A stretch of 64,000 nt of DNA from an uncultured delta proteobacterium (GTDB lineage Bacteria; Myxococcota_A; Polyangia; Polyangiales; Polyangiaceae). The notes beneath the pieces are model-generated. The model was not told where the DNA came from, did not search any database, and saw only the letters and a program-made list of their open reading frames with translations. The stretch lies in assembly GCA_963841435.1 (NCBI GenBank), contig CAWJCS010000005.1, positions 288,001-352,000 of the forward strand, in the 5' to 3' direction. Position 1 is the first letter of the stretch. Every line of letters starts with the position of its first letter. Positions 38,436 through 47,064 of this stretch are shown one piece after another. A program made the translations under genes and the position numbers.

Positions 38436-40016
38436 ATGGACGACCCCCGCAGCCGGAAAGCTCTCATCGGTACGTTGGCCTTGCTGGCGATCGCGCTCGG
38501 CCTCGCCGGATACAAGCTTTTCGCGCTCGACTATCGCCTGAGCGACGTCCTGCCGCGCTCGAAATACACGGTCGAGTACCAGCTCTCGGTCGACGGCCAC
38601 GGCGACGAGGCCACGGTGCGCTCGTTCTTGCCGGTGACCGACCCCCGGCAGACGATCGGCGACGAAACCGATTCGTCGCCCGGGTTCGCGTTCGCATCGG
38701 ACGTTGATGCCCAAAATCGCAACGCGACCTGGAGCGGTGATTCGATCCGGGACGGCGCGGCGATCGTTCATCGCTTCTCGGTCCTCTCGCGCGCCGTGCG
38801 CTACGAGATCGATCCTGCTGTCACCGTTCCTGCAACGTACCCCGACGACGCGGCGATCGCCCTGCGCCCCGAAAAGGACATCCAGGTCGACGACCCGGCC
38901 ATCACGACGAAGCTCAAGGCACTCGGTGCCGAGCACGGCACGGTGCGCGAACGGCTCGAGCGCATCTACGCGTTCACGTCCAAGTTGCCGAGCCGGCCGT
39001 TCAAGGGAACGACGGACGCGCTCACGGCGCTCAGGCTGGGCGAGGCGAGCTGCAACGGCAAGAGTCGCCTCTTCGTGGCGCTGGCGCGCGCCGCCGGCAT
39101 CCCCGCGCGGCTCGTCGGCGGTCTGATCCTGGAGACAGCGACCAAGAAAACCTCGCACCAGTGGGTGGAAGCCTACGTCGCGGGTCACTGGGTTCCGTTC
39201 TGCCCGCTGAACCATCACTTCGCCGAGATCCCGCAGCACTACCTCACCCTCTATCGCGGTGACGAAGCGCTCTTCACGCACACCGCGAGCATCAACTTCC
39301 AATACGAATTCCGCATCAGCAAGGAGCAGGTCCCTTCGGAGCAGGCAAAGCACGTCTTTCAGGCCGTCAACGTGTGGGCGCTCTTCGAACGGCTGAAGCT
39401 CCCGTTCTCGTTGCTCGGCACGGTGCTGATGCTGCCCGTGGGCGCGCTCGTGGTCGTCTTGTTCAGGAACGTCGTCGGCCTGCCCACGTTCGGCACGTTC
39501 CTGCCCGCGCTGATCGCCGGTGCCGCCGCGGAGACCGGCGCCCTGTGGGGCCTCGTCGGAGTGGGCATCGTCGTAGCGGTCGTCGGCACGGTCCGCTTCG
39601 TGCTCGAGCGCTTCGAGCTGCTGCATTCACCCACGCTGGCGATCCTGCTCGCGGTCGTGACGACCACCCTACTCGCGACCAGCCTGCTCGCGGAGCGCGT
39701 GGGTCTCACCAACCTGTCGCACGTCACCTTTCTCCCGATCGCCGTCCTGGCCATCACGGCCGAACGCTTCTACCTGTCACTCACCGAGCGGGGGTCGGCC
39801 GTTGCCGCCGCGGAGCTCGGCGGCACGCTCGCCGTGATCCTCGCTTGCTACGTGGTGATGAGCTCGCTCGCGCTCCGCGTGCTCGTCGTCGGCTTTCCCG
39901 AGGTGCTCCTGGTCGTGGTGGCGCTCAATCTGTATCTCGGGCGCTGGACGGGCATTCGAATCTCGGAATACATCCGCTTCCGCGGCGTGCTGGGGCTCTC
40001 GAGGGCGCGCGCATGA
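38436..40016 (+). CDS. Transglutaminase-like domain fused to 7TM domain
   Basis: ASCNGKS..FVALARAAGIPARLVGGL...HQWVE...WVPFCP; then RNVVGLPTFGTF.PAL...ITAERF...FPE...LGRWTG.R.SEY.RF. Confidence 0.9.
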   Translation: MDDPRSRKALIGTLALLAIALGLAGYKLFALDYRLSDVLPRSKYTVEYQLSVDGHGDEATVRSFLPVTDPRQTIGDETDSSPGFAFASDVDAQNRNATWSGDSIRDGAAIVHRFSVLSRAVRYEIDPAVTVPATYPDDAAIALRPEKDIQVDDPAITTKLKALGAEHGTVRERLERIYAFTSKLPSRPFKGTTDALTALRLGEASCNGKSRLFVALARAAGIPARLVGGLILETATKKTSHQWVEAYVAGHWVPFCPLNHHFAEIPQHYLTLYRGDEALFTHTASINFQYEFRISKEQVPSEQAKHVFQAVNVWALFERLKLPFSLLGTVLMLPVGALVVVLFRNVVGLPTFGTFLPALIAGAAAETGALWGLVGVGIVVAVVGTVRFVLERFELLHSPTLAILLAVVTTTLLATSLLAERVGLTNLSHVTFLPIAVLAITAERFYLSLTERGSAVAAAELGGTLAVILACYVVMSSLALRVLVVGFPEVLLVVVALNLYLGRWTGIRISEYIRFRGVLGLSRARA

Positions 40017-40903
40017 ACCGCTTTTCGGCCGCGCTCGGCGAGGCGCTCGTCAGGCGCCGGCACCTCTTCGGCCTGAACCGCCGGAACCTCGAGCTCGTTC
40101 ACCACGAGAACCCACGGCGTTTCTATCCGTTGGCGGACGACAAGCTGCTCGCCAAGGAGCGCCTCGTCGAGGCGGGCGTGCGCGTGCCCGAAACGCTCTG
40201 CGTTTGCACGGGGCTCTTTTCCGTGGCGTCGGCGCTGCGCTCGCTCTCGGCCTGCGACGAGTTCGTCGTGAAGCCCGCGCGGGGCTCGGGCGGTGACGGC
40301 ATCCTCGTCGCGACGGAGCGCTTGCGAGACGGCGTGTGGCGGCGGGCAGGCGGCGGCGAGCTCGACCTCGGCCAGCTCAAGAAGCACTTCGCGGACATCG
40401 TCTTCGGTGCCTTTTCGAATCAGCTCGAAGACCGCGGTTTCGTCGAGCGACGGGTCAGCGGCCATCCGTCGCTCCACGAGCTCTGGCCCGACGGCCTGTG
40501 TGACATCCGCGTGCTCACCCGTCGTCGCGCGCCCTTCATGGCCATGCTCCGCGTGCCCACGCGCGCGTCTCGCGGTCGAGCGAACCTGCACAGCGGGGGC
40601 CTCGGGCTCGCCGTGGATCTCGCGACCGGCCGCGTCACCCGTGGCGTCAAAGATGGCCAGCCCATCGTTCGCCACCCCGACTCGGGCGCCGCGCTGCTCG
40701 GGCTCGAGCTGCCGGCGTGGGACGACATCCTTTCGCAAACCGCGCGTGCCGCGGCAAGCGTTCCGCTCGGGTACCTCGGTGTCGACCTCGTCGTCGATGC
40801 GTCGGCGAGCGCGCTCGTGCTCGAGATCAACGCGCGCCCGGGGCTGGAGATCCAGAACGTTCACGGCCTGGGGCTCGGCGAGATGTTGGCGAGGATCGGA
40901 TGA
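40013..40903 (+). CDS. ATP-grasp ligase (alpha-L-glutamate ligase-like, ATPgrasp_ST type)
   Basis: GLNRRN, ADDKL.AK, FVVKPARGSGG.GI, D.RV, AMLR.PT..S.GRANLH.GG, YLGVD.V, LEINARPGL.IQ; ATGA coupling. Confidence 0.92.
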   Translation: MNRFSAALGEALVRRRHLFGLNRRNLELVHHENPRRFYPLADDKLLAKERLVEAGVRVPETLCVCTGLFSVASALRSLSACDEFVVKPARGSGGDGILVATERLRDGVWRRAGGGELDLGQLKKHFADIVFGAFSNQLEDRGFVERRVSGHPSLHELWPDGLCDIRVLTRRRAPFMAMLRVPTRASRGRANLHSGGLGLAVDLATGRVTRGVKDGQPIVRHPDSGAALLGLELPAWDDILSQTARAAASVPLGYLGVDLVVDASASALVLEINARPGLEIQNVHGLGLGEMLARIG

Positions 40904-42807
40904 TGGAGGCGACCGGCGATCGCCTCTGGCCCGTGCTCCTCATGGTCTCGGCGCTGTTGGGCGGTGGCGCGACCCTCGAGTGGTACGCGCGCCACAGCGA
41001 GACCGTCGCGAGCGTGATTCACATCACGCAAAGCTCGAAGAGCGGCGCCTCGAGCACCGAGGAAGACGAGACGGCGAGGGCTCCGGAGGTCGACCGAAGC
41101 GTTCCGGTCAACGACAATCACGCGCAGGCGCGCGTCGCGGCCAAGCGTGGAGAGCTCGGCGCCGCGCTCCAGCACTTCGGGCGCACCGTCACCGCGCATC
41201 CCGACGCAGCCCCCTTGCTTTCCGAATACGGCTACTGGCTGCTGCGCGGCGCGAAGGCCAAGGAAGCGGTCGCGACGTTGACGCGCGCGATCGAGCTCGC
41301 ACCCGACGCCTACGTCACTCGCTACAATCTCGGGGTAGCCGCCCGAAAGGCAGGCGACGCCGCGGCATCCGAGGCGGCTTTTCGCGCGACGTTGAAGGTC
41401 AACCCGGCCTTCTCACCGGCGAGCCAGGCGCTCGGCTCGTTGCTCCTGCGCCGCGGAGCGGTCGAGGAAAGCATCGCCGTGCTCGAGGCCGCGACGCGCT
41501 CGGGCAGCAACGAGGAGCGCGCGGCCAGCTGGGTCGCCTTGGGGCGCTCCTACCTCAAGGCGGGGCGTCGCCCCGACGCCGTCAAGGCGTTCGACGAAGC
41601 CATCTCTCGCGCGCCGTCGCTCGTTGACACGCGCGTCCGCATCGTGCAGGCCTGGCTTTCGACGGGGAAGGCCGAGGACGCGAAGCCCGCTCTCGAGGCG
41701 GCGGAGCTCGTCGCAAAGCTCGCCCCGGATCAGGCCTTTTCGCACATGACGCTGGCGAAGGCCCGAGAACGCTCCCAAGACTCCGGCGGAGCGCTCGACG
41801 AGTATCGCCAGGCGCTCGAGCTCGATCCGACCCTCGCGCTCGCCTTGCGGCGCATGCTGAGGATCACGCTAGGACGTCAGGAGTTCGAGCAGGCCCGAAG
41901 GTTCGCGAAGCAGCTCGTCAAGCTCGACCCCGAGGACCCCGAGCATCACTTCCTCGCCGGGCTCGTCGCGGCGCGGGAACGTCACTTGGACGACGCGCGA
42001 GCCTTCTACGGAGCGGCGATCGAGCACGCCAAGGGCGATTACCCTGAGGCCTACTTCAACCTGGGTCTCCTGGAGAAGCGCGCCGGAAACTACGACGCAG
42101 CGGTCCAAGCCTACCAGCGTGCCATCGAGCTTAGACCCAAGTACCTCGCCGCGCACAACAACCTCGGGTTGACGTTTTCCGCGATGGGGCGCGCAGCCGA
42201 CGCCGAGGAACGGTTCCGCGCCGCCGTCGCGATCGACGCGGGGTACGCACCCGCCTGGCTCAATCTGGCGGAGCTCTCGATCGCTCGTGACCAGAAGGAG
42301 GAGGCCGTGGCCGCGCTCGGCAAGGCGCTCGAGGCGCGACCCGACTATCCGGCCGCGAGCTTGATGCTGGCGCGCCTCGAAGGCGACCTCGGCCGCGCGA
42401 GCGACGGGCTCGCCAGGGCGATGAAGGTGGCGGCGGCACACCCGCGCCACGCGGAGGCGTTCCAGGCGGCGGCGTCACTCGCCGAAAAGGCAGGCAAGCT
42501 CACTGACGCCCGCTCGGCCTACGAGCATGCCATCACCCTCGACCCGGACAACGTCGCGTACCTCGCGGGCCGTGCGGCGCTGCTCGGCAAGGCCGGGGAT
42601 CTCGCGGCCGCGCGCACGGCGTACGAGGACGTTCTGGAGCGCGCCCCGGCGGATCGCGACGCCCGGCTCGCGCTCGCCGAGCTCGCGCGCCAGAGCGGCC
42701 AGCTGGACGAGTGCCTGCGGGAGGCGGAACGCGTGCTCGAGATCGCGGCCGGTGACGCGCGCGCCGCCGAGCTTCGCGGCCTTTGCGGACGGAAGGCGAC
42801 GAATTGA
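40900..42807 (+). CDS. Membrane-anchored multi-TPR protein
   Basis: N-terminal TM helix, then more than 12 TPRs (e.g. AYFNLGLL...AVQAYQRAIELRP); ATGA coupling. Confidence 0.9.
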   Translation: MMEATGDRLWPVLLMVSALLGGGATLEWYARHSETVASVIHITQSSKSGASSTEEDETARAPEVDRSVPVNDNHAQARVAAKRGELGAALQHFGRTVTAHPDAAPLLSEYGYWLLRGAKAKEAVATLTRAIELAPDAYVTRYNLGVAARKAGDAAASEAAFRATLKVNPAFSPASQALGSLLLRRGAVEESIAVLEAATRSGSNEERAASWVALGRSYLKAGRRPDAVKAFDEAISRAPSLVDTRVRIVQAWLSTGKAEDAKPALEAAELVAKLAPDQAFSHMTLAKARERSQDSGGALDEYRQALELDPTLALALRRMLRITLGRQEFEQARRFAKQLVKLDPEDPEHHFLAGLVAARERHLDDARAFYGAAIEHAKGDYPEAYFNLGLLEKRAGNYDAAVQAYQRAIELRPKYLAAHNNLGLTFSAMGRAADAEERFRAAVAIDAGYAPAWLNLAELSIARDQKEEAVAALGKALEARPDYPAASLMLARLEGDLGRASDGLARAMKVAAAHPRHAEAFQAAASLAEKAGKLTDARSAYEHAITLDPDNVAYLAGRAALLGKAGDLAAARTAYEDVLERAPADRDARLALAELARQSGQLDECLREAERVLEIAAGDARAAELRGLCGRKATN

Positions 42808-42830
42808 GTCGCGTTCATCACGGAGACCTC

Positions 42831-43784
42831 ATGCATCGCTCGATCACCACGACGATACCCAGCCCGCTCGACCTCACCTCGCGACTGCTCGCTGCATTCG
42901 TGCTCGCCCTACTGGCGGCGCCGGCGTGTGGCCACTCCGAATCTCCGCTCGCGGGGTCGAACCAATCGCTGGCGCCGGACGAGCGGCTCTTCCAGGACGG
43001 TCTCGCGCTCTACGACCAGAAAAGCTACGCGCCGGCTCAAGCCAAGTTCGACGAGCTGCTCGCCACGTACCCCTCCTCCAAGCGCCGGGACAACGCGGGC
43101 TACCTCGCGGGCCGGTGCCGCTACGAGCTCGGCGCCTATCAGGACGCCATCGTCGTGCTCGAAAGCATGCTCGTCGAGGCGCCAGGCTCACCCTTCGCCG
43201 ACGCCGCGCACTATTTCGTCGGTCGTTCGCGCTACCAGCTCGGTGCGTACGCGGCGTCAACGGCCGATTTTCGAGCCTCTTTGAGCGCGGATCCCCAGGG
43301 GGTCTTCGCCGACAACGCGCAGTATTACGTCGGCCGGTCGCTCTACGAAGCGATGGACTACGTGACGGCCAAGGCCGAGCTCGCCAAGGTCGAGGTCGCC
43401 TACCCCCAGAGCTCGTACGTCAACAACGCGCGCTACTACCTCGGTCGCTGCGACTACGATCAGCACAGCTATCAAAGCGCGGCGACGGCGCTCGCGCGAG
43501 TGCTGGAAGTCCCGGGGTCGAGCTACGCGGACGACGCGAGCTACTACATCGGCCGCTCGCACTACGCGCTCGGGGACCTCGCGACGGCTCTCGCTGACTT
43601 CGAAAAGCTCCTCGGCGACTTCGCCTCCAGCCAGTATCGCGACAACACCGAGTACTACCTGGTCCGCATTCACGTCGATCGGGGCGACTGCGCTGCGGTG
43701 GACGGCCTCGTGCAGACGCTCGCATCCGAGGGCAGCCCCTACGAACAACAGGCTCAGGACTACGCGGCGGTGAACGGGTGCTGA
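42831..43784 (+). CDS. TPR lipoprotein (BamD/CpoB-like repeats), paralog 1
   Basis: APAC lipobox; about 7 repeats of 37 aa, P.S.Y.D.A.YY.GR..Y. Confidence 0.85.
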   Translation: MHRSITTTIPSPLDLTSRLLAAFVLALLAAPACGHSESPLAGSNQSLAPDERLFQDGLALYDQKSYAPAQAKFDELLATYPSSKRRDNAGYLAGRCRYELGAYQDAIVVLESMLVEAPGSPFADAAHYFVGRSRYQLGAYAASTADFRASLSADPQGVFADNAQYYVGRSLYEAMDYVTAKAELAKVEVAYPQSSYVNNARYYLGRCDYDQHSYQSAATALARVLEVPGSSYADDASYYIGRSHYALGDLATALADFEKLLGDFASSQYRDNTEYYLVRIHVDRGDCAAVDGLVQTLASEGSPYEQQAQDYAAVNGC

Positions 43785-43839
43785 CCCGAACCGTCGCCAA
43801 CCAACGTTTCACATCGACCTTGTCTTCGGAGGAATCTTC

Positions 43840-44967
43840 ATGAAAACCACCATCAATACGAGCTCGGTCATCATCTTGGGCCTCGCGCTGCTTCGCTGCG
43901 GCGGCGACGGCTCGGGCGGCGGTGCCTTCTCGAACCCGGTCGCAAGCGGCTCGGGTGCCAGCGCGGGCGCCGGGGGCACGGGCGGAGCCGGCGGCAGTCA
44001 GGCAGGCAACGCCGGGAGCGGCAACGCGGGCTCGTCCGGTCAGGCGAGCGGCGGCGCTTCCGGCTCCGGCGGCGGGGGAGCCGGCGGCACCGCGGGAACG
44101 GGTGCTGCAGCGGGAACGGGTGCGGCCGCAGGCGCGGCGGGGAGCACCGCAACGACGCCCGACGAAGCGCTGTTCCAGGAAGGGCTCGCGCTCTACAACG
44201 CCGGTGACTACGCCGGCGCGCAGGCCAAGTTCGACGAGCTCCTCGCCACCTACCCGGATTCCATCCGACACGACAACGCCGGGTATCTCGCCGGACGCTG
44301 TCGCTACGAGCTCGGCGCCTATGCGGACGCCATCACGGCGCTCGAGGCCATGATAGCCGCCCATCCGACCTCGCCTTTCGTGGATCAGGCAGACTACATC
44401 ATCGGTCGATCGCGCTTTCAGCTCGGCCAGTACGCCGAAAGCACGGCTGACTTTCGGGCGAGCCTCGCCGCCGACCCGGCGGGCGTGTTCGCCGACAACG
44501 CACAGTACTACGTCGGTCGCTCGCTCTACGAGGCCATGGACTACGCGGGCGCGAAAACCGAGCTCGCAAAAGTAGAAACCGACTTTCCGACGAGCAGCTA
44601 CGTGGACAACGCTCGCTACTACATCGGACGTTCCGACTTCGATCAGCAAAACTACGCGGCCGCGGCGACCGAGCTCGCGCTGGTGCTCGATATCGCGGGC
44701 TCCAGCTACCTCGACGACGCCTCTTACTACATTGCGCGCTCGCACTACGCCCTCGGCGACCTCGGAACGGCGCTCACCGAGCTCGAGGCGCTCGTGTCCG
44801 ACTACCCGACGAGTCAGTACGTTGACAACTCGCAGTACTACCAAGTTCGCATTCACGTGGACCAGAATGCCTGCTCCGCCGCGGACCCCCTGATCAGCAC
44901 CCTCACGAGCTCGGGAAGCTCGCTCGCCGCGAACGCGCAGAGTTACTACACGGCCGGTGGCTGCTAG
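43840..44967 (+). CDS. TPR lipoprotein with Gly-rich linker, paralog 2
   Basis: Cys after a hydrophobic signal, Gly/Ala/Ser linker, same 37-aa repeats; GGAGG RBS. Confidence 0.85.
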   Translation: MKTTINTSSVIILGLALLRCGGDGSGGGAFSNPVASGSGASAGAGGTGGAGGSQAGNAGSGNAGSSGQASGGASGSGGGGAGGTAGTGAAAGTGAAAGAAGSTATTPDEALFQEGLALYNAGDYAGAQAKFDELLATYPDSIRHDNAGYLAGRCRYELGAYADAITALEAMIAAHPTSPFVDQADYIIGRSRFQLGQYAESTADFRASLAADPAGVFADNAQYYVGRSLYEAMDYAGAKTELAKVETDFPTSSYVDNARYYIGRSDFDQQNYAAAATELALVLDIAGSSYLDDASYYIARSHYALGDLGTALTELEALVSDYPTSQYVDNSQYYQVRIHVDQNACSAADPLISTLTSSGSSLAANAQSYYTAGGC

Positions 44968-46333
44968 CTCGCGCCACGCGCGGCTCTTCGGCCTCGCGGT
45001 CGCGGTGCTGCTCGTGACGGGGAGCGCGCGGGCCGAAACAGCCGAGCCTGCGTCCGCCGAGAGCCCGGCCGGCCAAGCCGCACCCACGGCATCGGACACG
45101 AAGACCCACTCCAGCAAGAAACCGCATCACAAGCCGCACCGTGGGAAGAAAAAAAAGCCGACCTCGGCCAAGCCGCACCGCGTCCGCCGCAAGCGTCAGA
45201 CACTCGGATTCGTCGTGCGGACACGCGTGACGAGCGGATGGCTCCACGGTCGCGGGATCCGGCGCTTCGACGCGGCGTTCCTCGAGACGAGGCTCTTCGC
45301 CATGCCGAAGTTGCGTTTGAAGAACGTCTCGTTGTGGGCGCCGCTCGCTTACAGTCAGCGCACGACGGCCCCGTCCGTCGTGCCGGAGACGCGTGGCAGC
45401 GCCGGGTTGGAAGGACAATGGCGAGTGGTTCCCAGCGTCGCGCTATCGGGCGGGGCCGGCGCGCACGGCGCCTTCCGACCGAGCTGGCCCGACCCCTATC
45501 AGCCGCTTCTGGACGGCAAGCTCGGGACGAGCAACCGCGCCAGCTACTTCGCGAGGGACCTCGAGGTCGGCACGGCGCTCGGACGACGCCGTACGGTCGA
45601 GCTTCACTACGAGTACACCCTGATCGACGGCACCGACGACCCGACCTTCGAGCCCATCGAGCGACCTTCCCACCTGGTTCCCGCGGACCGCGACGAGCAT
45701 CGGGCGGGAGCGGAGCTGCATCTCCGCGTCGGCGCGTGCACGCTGGAGCCGTCGTTCGAGTTTTCGCGGCGACACTACTTCTTCGAGTTTGCGCGCGACC
45801 GCTTCACGGGTGCGACGCACGCCGCCGCGGGTGGCCCGCCTCCGAACCCCCTGCTCGTCCTCGATCGCTTGCAACCCGCCGCCGAGGCCACCTGCGGCGA
45901 GCGCTCCCGAGAGCTCGCCGTGCGCTTCGTGTACGACGTGATGATCGACGAGTTCGAGGGCTACGCGTCGTACCAGGGGCCACGCGCCACCCTCCGGGGC
46001 AGCACGCGCGTCACCCACCGACTCGAGCTCGAGGGCACCGTCAACGCAAGCTACTGGCGCTACGGGGCAGGCAGCTACCGCCCCGAGCCCCACGAGCCCC
46101 CACTCGAATACGGCTCTCGGCGTAGCGATCGACGACTGCGCGCGTCGCTCGACACGGCCCTCGATCTAGGTGCAGGTTTCACTGCGTTTTTCGAAGCGAA
46201 CGTCAGCGCTCGACGAACGAACTTTCCGGACTACGTTCCCGGCGTGTTCCCGCGCGGCGCCGCGTATCGCATCGACTGGGACTACGTCAACTACGGCCTC
46301 GGCATCGGCCTCCGCTACCGCGCGGCTCGCTAG
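44957..46333 (+). CDS. Putative outer-membrane beta-barrel protein
   Basis: Signal peptide (SARA), Lys/His-rich stretch, many alternating strands, terminal YGLGIGLRY; 11-bp overlap with the upstream gene. Confidence 0.7.
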   Translation: MAASSRHARLFGLAVAVLLVTGSARAETAEPASAESPAGQAAPTASDTKTHSSKKPHHKPHRGKKKKPTSAKPHRVRRKRQTLGFVVRTRVTSGWLHGRGIRRFDAAFLETRLFAMPKLRLKNVSLWAPLAYSQRTTAPSVVPETRGSAGLEGQWRVVPSVALSGGAGAHGAFRPSWPDPYQPLLDGKLGTSNRASYFARDLEVGTALGRRRTVELHYEYTLIDGTDDPTFEPIERPSHLVPADRDEHRAGAELHLRVGACTLEPSFEFSRRHYFFEFARDRFTGATHAAAGGPPPNPLLVLDRLQPAAEATCGERSRELAVRFVYDVMIDEFEGYASYQGPRATLRGSTRVTHRLELEGTVNASYWRYGAGSYRPEPHEPPLEYGSRRSDRRLRASLDTALDLGAGFTAFFEANVSARRTNFPDYVPGVFPRGAAYRIDWDYVNYGLGIGLRYRAAR

Positions 46334-46356
46334 CGAGGCAATCCGATAATCGGCGC

Positions 46357-46557
46357 TCAGAAGAGCTTGCCGGCGAGGCCCTTGATCTGGTCGACGGCGC
46401 CGGAGACGGCGTTGCCGGTGAGAGCACCTTCGACGGGGCCCTTGAGAGGCTCGGGGAGCTTCTCCGCCAGAAAGCCACGGACCACGTCCGCGACCTTCTT
46501 GGCCTGGTCCTCGTTCAGATTGGCCTGAGAAATCAACCGCGTGATGAGCTCGCTCAT
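46357..46557 (-). CDS. Small conserved helical hypothetical protein
   Basis: ELI......ANL.EDQA.K....V.GFL.EKLP..L...V.G.L.G pattern. Confidence 0.75.
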   Translation of the reverse strand: MSELITRLISQANLNEDQAKKVADVVRGFLAEKLPEPLKGPVEGALTGNAVSGAVDQIKGLAGKLF

Positions 46558-46678
46558 GCGTCGGGCCTACGCGCGTCTCGCGTCGCGGGCAACCCACTTT
46601 CGAAAGGCACCCACGACCCGGTCGTCACGTGTGCGTCAAGTGAGGCCCGCGCGGCGCTTTCAGCCGCCCCGTGCGCCG

Positions 46679-46930
46679 CTACGAATCTTCACGCTCGTGC
46701 GCGTGACGAACCGCTTCGAGCAGCGCCGGGGCGAGCTTCTTTTTTTCGAGCACGAGCTTGCCGTCGTGAGCCGAGTGGATCTCGGGAGCGGAGAGAGTGA
46801 AGTCTCCCGTGCCCTCGACGTAGACGACGACGTAGTCGGCCCCCACCTCGCGCACCGCGCCAACCTCCTCGCCGCCCTCGTCGAGGTAGACCTGGGAGCC
46901 GACTGCAACCTGAAATTTCGCGTGTGGCAT
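46679..46930 (-). CDS. Small hypothetical protein (83 aa)
   Basis: VG.QV....GGEE.GAVREV...VVYVE..GDF...H.GK..L...HAH.RE; GGAG RBS. Confidence 0.75.
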   Translation of the reverse strand: MPHAKFQVAVGSQVYLDEGGEEVGAVREVGADYVVVYVEGTGDFTLSAPEIHSAHDGKLVLEKKKLAPALLEAVRHAHEREDS

Positions 46931-47064
46931 GCTTCTCCGTCGATGAAGGGGGATCGTCGCCTCACTCGCGCGGGGCGTTGGCGGCAGACAAGCGCGGCGG
47001 CGGCACGAAGGGAAGCGCCAAGCACCGCGAGCGAGACGGCCGCTCCCATCTCGCGAGACTTGGG

